A stretch of DNA of 64,000 nucleotides from Gammaproteobacteria bacterium (GTDB lineage: Bacteria; Pseudomonadota; Gammaproteobacteria; BMS3Bbin11), in NCBI GenBank assembly GCA_013150915.1, contig JAADJE010000112.1, positions 318-64,317 on the forward strand, written 5' to 3'. The notes beneath the pieces are model-generated. The model saw only the letters and a program-made list of their open reading frames with translations. It ran no database searches and was not told the DNA's origin. Each line of letters starts with the position of its first letter. Within the stretch, counting starts at the first letter, position 1. Below, in pieces: positions 28,746 to 37,390 of this stretch. The position numbers and the translations under genes were made by a program.

Positions 28746-29825
28746 TTATAATTGTACGTACTCTTTGGCCAGGGTCGGATACAGTCGGGGGTTGAACAGG
28801 ATGTTTGTAATAAAATAGCACTCGTGTGTGCAATAGCACTGCTTGTTATGGATAGAATCCAGCACGGGTCTGGCCTTCTCGGAACGAACGATTTTCTTCA
28901 TGTTGTAGTTATAGTCTCTAACATTGCCAAAACGGGTTGAGAGAATTTCACAGGGATAGACATCTCCGGTTTCCGTCAGTACCAGGTTTAGTCTCCCGGC
29001 GTAGCATGGAATGTGTCTTTTCTGGGCGAGCAGCGTCTGATGGATCAAACGGCGCTGTACAATATCCTGAGCGGCTTTCAGTTTGGCACCACGAAAGCGG
29101 TATAGGCTGGATGTTCTGTTTTTTAGATTTCTCTCAAGCCGGTCAATCGCACAACGGTATTTTTCGTAATCCACTTCTTTAAAATGTGAATCTGCAAGTC
29201 TGCCTCGCACCATCGAAATAGTGTGTGTTTTAATATTTGTCAGATCCTGTACAAAATCAATGATCTCATCCATTTTGTCCTGGTTTTCGGAAAGAAATAC
29301 GGTGTTGATGCCGAGTTCGAAATTTGGATATTGTTGCAGCAGTTCACCAAGCAGGCGATAAGTCTGCATGGTTTTATCAAAGCAACCCGGCGTATCGCGT
29401 AGCACATCGTGATCGCCATGCAAGCCATCAAGAGAAAGCTTGACGGTGACGACAGACTTTTTACAGTATTTTAGAATTTGTTCTGTCTTGTCTTTAATCA
29501 TATCTGGCATCAGACCATTGGTGGGAAAGAGCATCATGACAGGCTTGTTATAATCGTAGAAAAGCTTGCTTATTTCTACAAGATCCTTTCTCAGGTAGGG
29601 TTCACCACCGGAGAAGGCCAGCCACAACAGTTTACCCAGTGATAAAGAGATTTTTTTAATTTCATCAAGTGAAAGCTCTGCTTCGCTGCCCTCCTTGTTG
29701 TGGGTGTTGTCAACATAAAAGCAGAAGGGGCATCGAGCATTACACTTACGGGTGACAAAAAAAGTGAGTTGAACAGGCTGCCCCTTCGAGAGTATAGAAG
29801 CTGTGTGACGCAGTGGAGAATACAT
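28746..29825 (-). CDS. Radical SAM enzyme with C-terminal SPASM/twitch-like Cys cluster
   Basis: CNARCPFCF CxxxCxxC near the N-terminus and a C-terminal CYCTHEC cluster. The start reassigned to the ATG at 29825 (MYSPLRH) overlaps the GT2 stop as TGATG; the ORF-track start is 29951. Confidence 0.75.
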   Translation of the reverse strand: MYSPLRHTASILSKGQPVQLTFFVTRKCNARCPFCFYVDNTHNKEGSEAELSLDEIKKISLSLGKLLWLAFSGGEPYLRKDLVEISKLFYDYNKPVMMLFPTNGLMPDMIKDKTEQILKYCKKSVVTVKLSLDGLHGDHDVLRDTPGCFDKTMQTYRLLGELLQQYPNFELGINTVFLSENQDKMDEIIDFVQDLTNIKTHTISMVRGRLADSHFKEVDYEKYRCAIDRLERNLKNRTSSLYRFRGAKLKAAQDIVQRRLIHQTLLAQKRHIPCYAGRLNLVLTETGDVYPCEILSTRFGNVRDYNYNMKKIVRSEKARPVLDSIHNKQCYCTHECYFITNILFNPRLYPTLAKEYVQL

Positions 29826-30829
29826 CAGGCCTTCTCCAGCAGCGTGCGCCCAACTGTAAAGTATCTGGCCAGACCGGCAAGTGCGCCAATGCCTACTGCC
29901 GTAGGGTAGAGAAACAGGTAATAAGACGTTGCGGCAAGTGCAAACAGCCATCCTTTCGTGCGGTAAAATGCCATCAGTAACCCCCTGTTCAGATACAGAT
30001 CAATGGCAAGAATCAAGGGGATTAGTGATATAAATGCCCTGTTCTCAGTCAAAAGAAAAACAAGAAAAAGAATCACGATAGAAAACCAGGTAGCTACATT
30101 GATTTTCAGACCTATGGATGCGGTACCAGAGTCGGCAAGTACATCGTTGTTTTTTATGGAATACATAGTCCAGTACATTGATTTTCTGATGGCATTGCGT
30201 AAAGAACGATACAGGGAGAAATTAAATATGTGCTGTACCTGGATAGCCGTTTCCATGACAAGCCTGTATCCGTCCTGGCGCAATCGATGACTAAAATCTA
30301 CATCTTCGATTATCGGCAGGAAGGTCTCGGTAAATCCGCCGCTTCTGTGAAAACTCCGGGCGTTGATAACCATGGCATGAGTGGCGATATAGTCGGGATG
30401 TTCTACATCTCGGGTCTCTGAATAATTGATAAAGATAGACTGAAACAGACTGAAGAAGCTGTTATCGAATGGAATGCGTGTATAGGTGCCGCCGACAACG
30501 GTAGTGGGGCCTGCCAGGGAGGCAGTTTGGCTGGCAATGGAAAGGGTATTTTTCTGCAGGATGCAGTCGGAATCGGTAAAAAAGAGTATATCTCCACTGC
30601 AGTTGGCGGCCCCAATATTTCTTGCCTGTGCTGCACCGCAGCGTGACTTCAGCCGGATGAGCTTGCAGGGGAAACTTTTTATCACCTCGATCGAATTATC
30701 CCTGGAGCAGTCATCGACGACTATTACCTCGAAGTCGCGGAATGTAGATGCAAAGATCGCTTCCAGGCACCTTCCTATTGTGGCACCTCCCTGATAGTTG
30801 GGAATAATAATCGAGACAAATTTATCCAT
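29825..30829 (-). CDS. GT2-family glycosyltransferase with C-terminal TM helices (polyprenyl-phosphate sugar synthase-like, ArnC/GtrB/DPM1-like)
   Basis: IIIPNYQGGATIGRCL...VVDDCSRD...TDSDC (the DxD motif) and about 3 C-terminal TM helices; 334 aa. Confidence 0.75.
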   Translation of the reverse strand: MDKFVSIIIPNYQGGATIGRCLEAIFASTFRDFEVIVVDDCSRDNSIEVIKSFPCKLIRLKSRCGAAQARNIGAANCSGDILFFTDSDCILQKNTLSIASQTASLAGPTTVVGGTYTRIPFDNSFFSLFQSIFINYSETRDVEHPDYIATHAMVINARSFHRSGGFTETFLPIIEDVDFSHRLRQDGYRLVMETAIQVQHIFNFSLYRSLRNAIRKSMYWTMYSIKNNDVLADSGTASIGLKINVATWFSIVILFLVFLLTENRAFISLIPLILAIDLYLNRGLLMAFYRTKGWLFALAATSYYLFLYPTAVGIGALAGLARYFTVGRTLLEKA

Positions 30830-30942
30830 CGTTTATTGATAAAAAAACAAAAAATCATAATAGCAGAGTCCGTCCCGGTAGTCTCCGGGGCTGTATGACA
30901 AGGCAGGCTTTTTCAGTTACTTCAACTACCGGGTATCCTGGA

Positions 30943-30964
30943 AAATGATGCAGATGCATCATTT
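30943..30964. promoter_or_regulatory. 22 bp palindromic operator-like motif AAATGATGCA-GA-TGCATCATTT (copy 2)
   Basis: Perfect 10 bp arms in the divergent region between the GT2 gene (-) and the rhodanese gene (+). It matches the motif at 22047-22068. Confidence 0.5.
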
Positions 30965-31166
30965 CATTTTTTGCATACAGGTATTCTAATTAGCATAGGA
31001 TCGTCAAAAAAAATTTGACTGTCCCGGCGAGTGCATTGTGGAACGTATGGTTGGTTCGCTCATGTGTTGATGGACTTGGCAACATTTTAGTGGCAATGCT
31101 CCATGTGCTGCGTCACAGATTGCGGCGGTGCTGAAATAAGGTTTAGGCGTTGTTTTGATTGGATGA

Positions 31167-32207
31167 ATGGATAAAGGACGGAGGCGTATCATGAATAATC
31201 TACGAAAATGGAAAATCTCAGTTACAGGGATTCTGGTACTATTTCTTGTCGGCTGGGCTGGAATCGCATCAGCATCGAGCTGGGTAAACCCTGACCTTCT
31301 TGTCACACCAGAGTTGCTCAAGAAGAATATCGACAAACCCGACTGGGTGGCTGTTGATTGCAGAAGTTTGAAGGATTATGCCAAGGGTCATATTCCAGGT
31401 GCTATCAGTCTCGGAAAACGCTGCAAGAAGGCACTAAGAGACCCCACCTCGAGGGTTTTTACAGATACCGCAAAGTATGAAAAGCTTTTTGGTAAGGTTG
31501 GTATTGGCAATGACACCCATGTCGTTTTTTATCATGGAGGTCTGAAAACGCTGACGGATGCTACCGTTGGATTCTGGATCATGGAGTATCTCGGGCACGA
31601 TAAGGTTCATCTCCTCAATGGAGGGCTCGATGCCTGGCGCAAGGCGGGTAACCGACTCAATAATAAACCCGTCAGGAAGAGCGCTAAAACATTCAAGGCC
31701 AAGATTGTGCCGAGCAGGTATTCCAAAACAAGTGAAGTGGTGGACATTGCCGAAGGAAGGCTCAAAGACGTACAACTTATAGATTCAAGGACAAAAAAGG
31801 AATATGACGGCAAGGATATCCGGGCAATCAGGGGCGGTCATGTACCCAACGTGACGATGAATAAATCACACATAGATACTGTCCTTCAGAAGAAAGACAA
31901 GAAGACAGGGAAGATGAAGCCGACGGGTTACCTTGATGCAGATCAGGCACATAAAGTCTTTGGCATGCTGGATAAAGATAAACGCACGGTAGCCTACTGT
32001 CAGACGGGTACACGTTCGACCCTGACTTATCTCCAGTTAAGACTGCTTGGCTTTAAGGATCCCGCAAACTGGGATGACTCATGGCGGGTTTATGGTTCCA
32101 CGCTGATGTATCCTGTTGCGGGCGAACAATGGTTTAACTTTGCCAAGATGAATAAGCAAATGAAAAAGCTTAAGAAGAAAGTCGCAGAACTCGAAAAAAA
32201 GCAGTAA
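31167..32207 (+). CDS. Secreted two-domain rhodanese (thiosulfate sulfurtransferase-like) with Lys-rich coiled C-terminal tail
   Basis: Signal/TM (ISVTGILVLFLVGWAGIASA), two rhodanese repeats with the active site AYCQTGTRS, and a C-terminal KKLKKKVAELEKKQ. Confidence 0.8.
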   Translation: MDKGRRRIMNNLRKWKISVTGILVLFLVGWAGIASASSWVNPDLLVTPELLKKNIDKPDWVAVDCRSLKDYAKGHIPGAISLGKRCKKALRDPTSRVFTDTAKYEKLFGKVGIGNDTHVVFYHGGLKTLTDATVGFWIMEYLGHDKVHLLNGGLDAWRKAGNRLNNKPVRKSAKTFKAKIVPSRYSKTSEVVDIAEGRLKDVQLIDSRTKKEYDGKDIRAIRGGHVPNVTMNKSHIDTVLQKKDKKTGKMKPTGYLDADQAHKVFGMLDKDKRTVAYCQTGTRSTLTYLQLRLLGFKDPANWDDSWRVYGSTLMYPVAGEQWFNFAKMNKQMKKLKKKVAELEKKQ

Positions 32208-32227
32208 GCAAATAAAGACAAGAACTT

Positions 32228-32266
32228 AACCAGATGGGATTTATAAATCCTATCTGGTTTGTTTTG
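32228..32266 (+). terminator. Strong hairpin terminator between the convergent rhodanese and DUF1858 genes
   Basis: AACCAGATGGGATT-tata-AATCCTATCTGGTT (14 bp stem, one G-U) followed by TGTTTTG. Confidence 0.7.
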
Positions 32267-32286
32267 GATAAGTAATCAGAGTCTCC

Positions 32287-32481
32287 CTAGTCAATTTTTT
32301 TATTTATTTCATCGAGCAGTGTCGCAAGGTCCCGGTTCTTTTCTTTGGCCAGTGTTTCTATCGACCACATCATGCTTGAATCGTGCCCACACCCACACAG
32401 CCCCAGTTCCATGAACCAATCTGTCAGTTCAGGGTAGTCTCTCAGTATTTCGCCTACTGTTTTTGAAGCATCGATTTCCAT
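32287..32481 (-). CDS. DUF1858-domain small redox protein (hybrid-cluster-protein-associated disulfide family)
   Basis: 64 aa; TVGEILRDYPELTDWFMELGLCGCGHD matches the DUF1858 pattern. Confidence 0.6.
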   Translation of the reverse strand: MEIDASKTVGEILRDYPELTDWFMELGLCGCGHDSSMMWSIETLAKEKNRDLATLLDEINKKID

Positions 32482-32626
32482 AAAGATTGATATTGGCTTA
32501 TAGATAGTAGTATCTTAAGCCTATCTGGTTTAGTAAGGTAGCGGGTAACGCATACGCCGATCGTATCATTAGATATTACGGCAATGCGAATAATTAAAGG
32601 CGATTGGGAGAAACAGGATCGCCGGT

Positions 32627-33967
32627 TTGGTGCTAGCCGAGGAGTATTTAGCTCGGCTCGCTGGAGAGATTCTACGTGAAGGACTTGCCATTAAAAACCA
32701 TACCGATAACCAACAGACTGTCGCTGCAGCAGGGCATCAGATTTTGAAACTGGTCATGGCCGACTACCGCGGGCCGGTCGCTGTGCAATTTTGGAACGGG
32801 GAGCTGGCTGTAGGACAGTTGGATGCGCCTTGCACGGTGATTTTTAAGCAGCCCTCAGTATTACGCCAGCTGGTTCTTCATAGGAATATATTGCACCTGG
32901 CTGAAGACTATCTGGCGGAAGGAGCCGATATCGAGGGTGATGCCGAGTGTCTGTTTGATCTGTTGTCCTATATACACCACCTGGCTATACCCTGGCCAAC
33001 CCGATTACGCGTGATACGCCAGGCATTCAGGTTGCCCCGCCATCATCGCGAAAAAAGTACACGGGCAATACGTGCCGGACGTGCTAAACGGCAAAATACA
33101 AAACAGAGTATTGCTCACCACTACGATGTTGGTAACGATTTCTATCAACTGTGGCTGGATGGGGAAATGGTTTACTCCTGTGCCTATTTTTCTGGTGATG
33201 ATCAGACACTGGATGACGCCCAGCGGGACAAACTCGATTATATCTGCCGCAAGTTGCGCCTGGGGTCGGGTGAGACTCTGCTGGATATTGGTTGTGGTTG
33301 GGGCGCCCTGGTATGTTGGGCGGCTCGGCACTACGGGGTGAAGGCCCATGGCATTACGCTTAGTGAACAACAGGTCGCTTACGCCAGGGAGCGAATACGC
33401 AAAGAAGGCCTGGAAGATCTGGTTACGGTCGAATTGCGGGATTACCGTGACCTGCCCGGCAACCTCCGCTATGACCGGGTAGTCAGTGTCGGCATGTTCG
33501 AGCACATCGGAGTTGCCAATTTCCCTCTTTATTTTGATGCCATCAAGCGGGTGCTGGCACCGGGTGGATTATTTCTCAACCACGGTATCACCAACGATAC
33601 CGGTTGGCAGGATACACCCATCACCCAATTCATCAACAGTTATGTATTCCCGGACGGTGAACTGGCGTGTATTGGTGATGTCATCAGCGCTATGGAAAAT
33701 GCGGGTTTTGAGATTATCGACGTAGAAGGCTTGCGTCGTCACTATGCCATGACCCTGCGTTGTTGGGTCAAGGCGTTGGAAGCGAATAAAGCGCGAGCAG
33801 TCGATATCGTGGGCGAGGCGACCTATCGGGTCTGGCGTCTTTACATGGAAGGGTCTGCTTATTACTTTAATGAGGGCAGCATAAATGTTTTCCAGGTGCT
33901 GGCAGGGCATGATCGAGAACCGCTGACGATCGGTCTGAGGCGTGACGAACTGTATGAAAAAGCCTGA
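32627..33967 (+). CDS. cfa: Cyclopropane-fatty-acyl-phospholipid synthase family SAM methyltransferase
   Basis: YDVGNDFYQLWLD, LLDIGCGWGALVCWAA, VSVGMFEHIG collinear with E. coli Cfa; GTG start. Confidence 0.85.
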   Translation: MVLAEEYLARLAGEILREGLAIKNHTDNQQTVAAAGHQILKLVMADYRGPVAVQFWNGELAVGQLDAPCTVIFKQPSVLRQLVLHRNILHLAEDYLAEGADIEGDAECLFDLLSYIHHLAIPWPTRLRVIRQAFRLPRHHREKSTRAIRAGRAKRQNTKQSIAHHYDVGNDFYQLWLDGEMVYSCAYFSGDDQTLDDAQRDKLDYICRKLRLGSGETLLDIGCGWGALVCWAARHYGVKAHGITLSEQQVAYARERIRKEGLEDLVTVELRDYRDLPGNLRYDRVVSVGMFEHIGVANFPLYFDAIKRVLAPGGLFLNHGITNDTGWQDTPITQFINSYVFPDGELACIGDVISAMENAGFEIIDVEGLRRHYAMTLRCWVKALEANKARAVDIVGEATYRVWRLYMEGSAYYFNEGSINVFQVLAGHDREPLTIGLRRDELYEKA

Positions 33968-34088
33968 GGATGTAAACCTGTGCGTACAAAGAGTGATGGG
34001 GCATGGACAGGCTTAGAGGCGATACGACTGGATAACACCAAGCCGTATCAGATTGATTAAGGGAGGCCCTCATCGGTGAGGCTGAAGT

Positions 34089-35816
34089 ATGTCAGAGAAC
34101 AGAAGCCAACAAGCTCGTATTTCACTCGCCGCATGGCAGGCGTATAGGCCCACAGACTATCTGAAGGCCGATAGCAATATCCGACGGGTTCTGCAAATGC
34201 ACATGGATGAAAACTATTTGCGCTACCAGCCCATGTTGAGCAAGGCTGCCCGCATGTCGGCTAGCAGGATGGATAGTCTGGCCATCAACTCAAACCGCGA
34301 TGAGAATTTACCTCGCCTGAATCGTTTCAACGGCATTGGTGAGCGTACTGAAGAAGTGGTTTTTCATCCTGATTACCACGAGCTCGGTGTCTGCGTCTGG
34401 GAGACTGGCGTACTGGCAGTATTGGAACAATCGGGCAACGAACTATACAGCGGTGCTCTGTCCTATTTCATTGCCCATAATGGCGAGGCGGGCCATGCCT
34501 GTCCGGTAGCCTGTACGGCAGGATTGATCAAACTATTGCAGCAGGTCGGTTCGGCCGAACAAAAGAAAAAGTATTTACCGCGGCTGCTAGAGACAGACTA
34601 TACAAAACGTCTGCATGGTGCGCAGTTTGTTACCGAGATTCAGGGCGGTTCAGACGTTGCCGCGATCAGTTGTGTTGCCGTACCGGATACTAAACGCGAA
34701 GGGTACTACCGGATCAGTGGCGAAAAATGGTTTTGCTCGGTCGTCGATGCCGGTTTATTCGTGTTGGCTGCAAGGCCTGAGGGGGCTCCGCAGGGGACAC
34801 AGGGTCTCGCCCTGTTTCTCGTTCCCCGCACGGTGGATGGCGACGTCAACGATTTCACCATCCGTCGCTTGAAATACAAACTCGGCACGCGCTCCATGGC
34901 CTCGGCAGAAGTGGACTTCAATGGTGCACTGGCTGAACCCATCGGCCCACTGGAAGAGGGTTTCAAGAACCTGATGGGCATCGTGCTCGACACATCACGA
35001 GTCCACAATGCTGTCGCGGCCTGTGGCTTAATGCGCCGTGCCTGTATCGAAGCGCAAGCCTATGCTCGATACCGTGTTGCCTTTGGCAGGTCGATCATCG
35101 AGCATCCCACGGTTGCGCAAATCTTCGCCCGCATGAAAGTTATTACCAGTGCCGCTGTGTCCACAACGTTTCGTATTCTTGCCATGGGCGACCGGCTTAC
35201 TGCCGGCAAGGCATCAAAAGAGATGAAAGAGGCAAGGCGAACCCACGTCAACATCAACAAGTACTGGACCTCGATCCAGTGTACTCAGGTGGTTCGTGAC
35301 GCCATCGAAGTGCTGGGCGGCAATGGTACCATTGAGGAATTTAGCGTGTTACCGCGCCTTTACCGTGATGCCATTGTGCTGGAAAGCTGGGAGGGCACGC
35401 ATAATACGCTCTGTGCTCAGGTGCTGCGTGATTTTACCACGCGCAAACTGCATTTTCCCTGGCTGGCCGATTTGAGCGATGTACTCTCTTCAATCACACA
35501 CCCGTCACTGGAGGAGCATCATTCTCGCGCGGCCTTATTGTTGAACCACCTGGCGGCACGCATTGAGCGACTCCTGTCGAGCGAGGCCGATTACGCCAAC
35601 TTTCACATCCGCGGTGTTGTTGATCGCATGTGTGCGCTAAACAATTATCTGAGTCTTCTGCTCGAGCTCAACTGGGAACTCAACCAGAATATCGAGTCTG
35701 AAAAGGGGGTGATGATTGAATTTTATTATTGTCTGTTCATCGATCAGGCCGACCCGATGGATAACCCTGAACTGCCTGGTTTGATTCAGGGAATTTGTAT
35801 GGAAACTACCCGGTAA
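34089..35816 (+). CDS. AidB-like acyl-CoA dehydrogenase family protein
   Basis: 575 aa. ACAD middle/C-terminal domains (WFCS..., ESWEGTHNTL) with an AidB-like N-terminal extension. Confidence 0.75.
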   Translation: MSENRSQQARISLAAWQAYRPTDYLKADSNIRRVLQMHMDENYLRYQPMLSKAARMSASRMDSLAINSNRDENLPRLNRFNGIGERTEEVVFHPDYHELGVCVWETGVLAVLEQSGNELYSGALSYFIAHNGEAGHACPVACTAGLIKLLQQVGSAEQKKKYLPRLLETDYTKRLHGAQFVTEIQGGSDVAAISCVAVPDTKREGYYRISGEKWFCSVVDAGLFVLAARPEGAPQGTQGLALFLVPRTVDGDVNDFTIRRLKYKLGTRSMASAEVDFNGALAEPIGPLEEGFKNLMGIVLDTSRVHNAVAACGLMRRACIEAQAYARYRVAFGRSIIEHPTVAQIFARMKVITSAAVSTTFRILAMGDRLTAGKASKEMKEARRTHVNINKYWTSIQCTQVVRDAIEVLGGNGTIEEFSVLPRLYRDAIVLESWEGTHNTLCAQVLRDFTTRKLHFPWLADLSDVLSSITHPSLEEHHSRAALLLNHLAARIERLLSSEADYANFHIRGVVDRMCALNNYLSLLLELNWELNQNIESEKGVMIEFYYCLFIDQADPMDNPELPGLIQGICMETTR

Positions 35817-35984
35817 ACTCGACGCCAATTTTTACGAGGACGTGGTGGCCACTGACGTGACCCATGCTGCAACAATTGTTTGAGAATCCCGAACGACTGC
35901 GGACGATCGCTGTGAATGATTTTGTGGATAGCCTGATGTTGTAATCTCGATTCGTATCAGACGTGCCTGATTTTGAACTGTTCC

Positions 35985-36065
35985 TCAGAAGTACCATTCT
36001 AGTTGCAACGTAACATTGTCCTCGAATGCTCCGTATTCACTTCCGTTTCTACCGTTGAATAAAAC
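35985..36065 (-). pseudogene. Relic of the C-terminus of an outer-membrane beta-barrel gene (paralogous to the gene at 36236-37390)
   Basis: ...LFNGRNGSEYGAFEDNVTLQLEWYF versus the upstream gene's ...IYSGITGSEYGSFENMLYAQWQLFF. DNA-level similarity is also visible (TCCGTATTCACT versus ACCGTACTCACT). Confidence 0.45.
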
Positions 36066-36093
36066 TACCCCCCGGGGCTTGAATTCAAGCCCC
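36050..36093 (-). terminator. Perfect 20 bp palindrome GGGGCTTGAATTCAAGCCCC followed (on the minus strand) by GGGGGTAGTTTTATT; likely terminator of the lolA-like/ABC/FtsX/OMP operon
   Basis: Read directly; about 140 bp downstream of the OMP gene end. Confidence 0.5.
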
Positions 36094-36235
36094 GTGGTAG
36101 TCGCCGTGGTGGTTTCAATGAACCGTGGTCGAGATCGAAGAATCGGGATCAGATCACAGTTGCTTCTAATATTGGTATTTTCTGTGTTCTGACCCCGGTT
36201 TTGAGCATGTCTTCGATAAAAATATTTAGAAATAT

Positions 36236-37390
36236 TCAGAAAAACAACTGCCATTGAGCATACAGCATATTTTCAAAGGAACCGTACTCACTGCCTGTGA
36301 TACCGCTGTATATCTGGATGCCCAGCGCCAGTTCATTGTTCTGTGTTATTGCGTAAGAAATTTCCGGGGCATAAAAAAAGCTCTTATCGTCCAGGTTGTT
36401 GATGTAGTAGTTTTTCCACTTTATTAGCGGTGTGATGTCATAACCCAGATACAGGCCCAGATACCGTTGCGCCAGACTCTGAATCTCGCCACTCAATAGC
36501 CTGGAGAAATCATAGGCGCTGGTATCGGTCGCGCCCTGTCCGTTAAAATAGAATTCGCCATTGATGGTGAGCGTATTCAAAAAAGTATAATCCGCCCCCA
36601 GTACGAAGCGCGTATAGAAACCATCAACCGGTGATTTTGTTCGAGTGAGTTCGCTCCGCACGCCAATCTTGCCAATCTGCCCAGCCAGGTCGACTCCTGC
36701 CATGTCATCGTTACGGAACCTGCCTGCAGTGACACCCCAGTCGTATCCGTATTTATTTGTACGCCAGCGTACCGCAGTACTGGCACGAACAGGCGAGGCG
36801 TGGACCGCATACAGCACGCTTACCCGGGACAGATCGGAGTAATCCGCATCCAGTACGACGGCATCCACACCCGTACGTCGATCACGCTCCAGCGCCGTGG
36901 GGTCGATCGGATTGAGAATATCCACTGGACTCCAGAACAGGGCACTGCCCCAGGCAACACGTTGACGGCCGATGCGTAGATCCGCATTTCCAATACGAGT
37001 ATCGAGATACGCGCGATAGAAACCATGACGTCCGAACACCGACTGCTTGTCTGTATAGGTGCTGCGCAAGTTTAAGTAAGTGTCCAGGGGAATGTTCTTT
37101 TGTGCCTGGAACTGCTTTGTTTTCAGGTAGTCGCCGAGGAAGATTTCATTGTCGTACTGCAGATTGAATACTGTGTTCTCGCCGAGGTCCCCCCGCAACT
37201 CCAGGTGCAAACGATTAAGGTCGACCGTGTAGTCTGTTGCTGGTAAAAAGGCGGGAAAACCCAATGTGCGGGAACTGACCAGCAAATTCTTGTAATAACC
37301 ACTGACCTCGATCTGCGCCCCCGCTGCTTGCCAAAAACCACCAGTAATCAGACCAAGCGCAAATAGTGGCCAGATTTTTTTGTCAGACAT
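36236..37390 (-). CDS. Outer-membrane beta-barrel protein (partner of the FtsX/ABC/LolA-like system)
   Basis: Signal peptide MSDKKIWPLFALGLITGGFWQAAGA, alternating amphipathic pattern, C-terminal WQLFF. The start at 37390 gives an 8 nt ATGTCTGA overlap with the FtsX gene. Confidence 0.65.
   Translation of the reverse strand: MSDKKIWPLFALGLITGGFWQAAGAQIEVSGYYKNLLVSSRTLGFPAFLPATDYTVDLNRLHLELRGDLGENTVFNLQYDNEIFLGDYLKTKQFQAQKNIPLDTYLNLRSTYTDKQSVFGRHGFYRAYLDTRIGNADLRIGRQRVAWGSALFWSPVDILNPIDPTALERDRRTGVDAVVLDADYSDLSRVSVLYAVHASPVRASTAVRWRTNKYGYDWGVTAGRFRNDDMAGVDLAGQIGKIGVRSELTRTKSPVDGFYTRFVLGADYTFLNTLTINGEFYFNGQGATDTSAYDFSRLLSGEIQSLAQRYLGLYLGYDITPLIKWKNYYINNLDDKSFFYAPEISYAITQNNELALGIQIYSGITGSEYGSFENMLYAQWQLFF

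Noticed and set aside
29826-29951. Longer start for the rSAM/SPASM gene
   Set aside because: Would overlap the GT2 gene by 127 nt. The ATG at 29825 gives a canonical TGATG coupling and a normal rSAM N-terminus.
31004-31336. 110 aa minus-strand ORF in the GT2/rhodanese divergent region
   Set aside because: Overlaps the rhodanese signal-peptide coding region and promoter. No RBS. Probably spurious.
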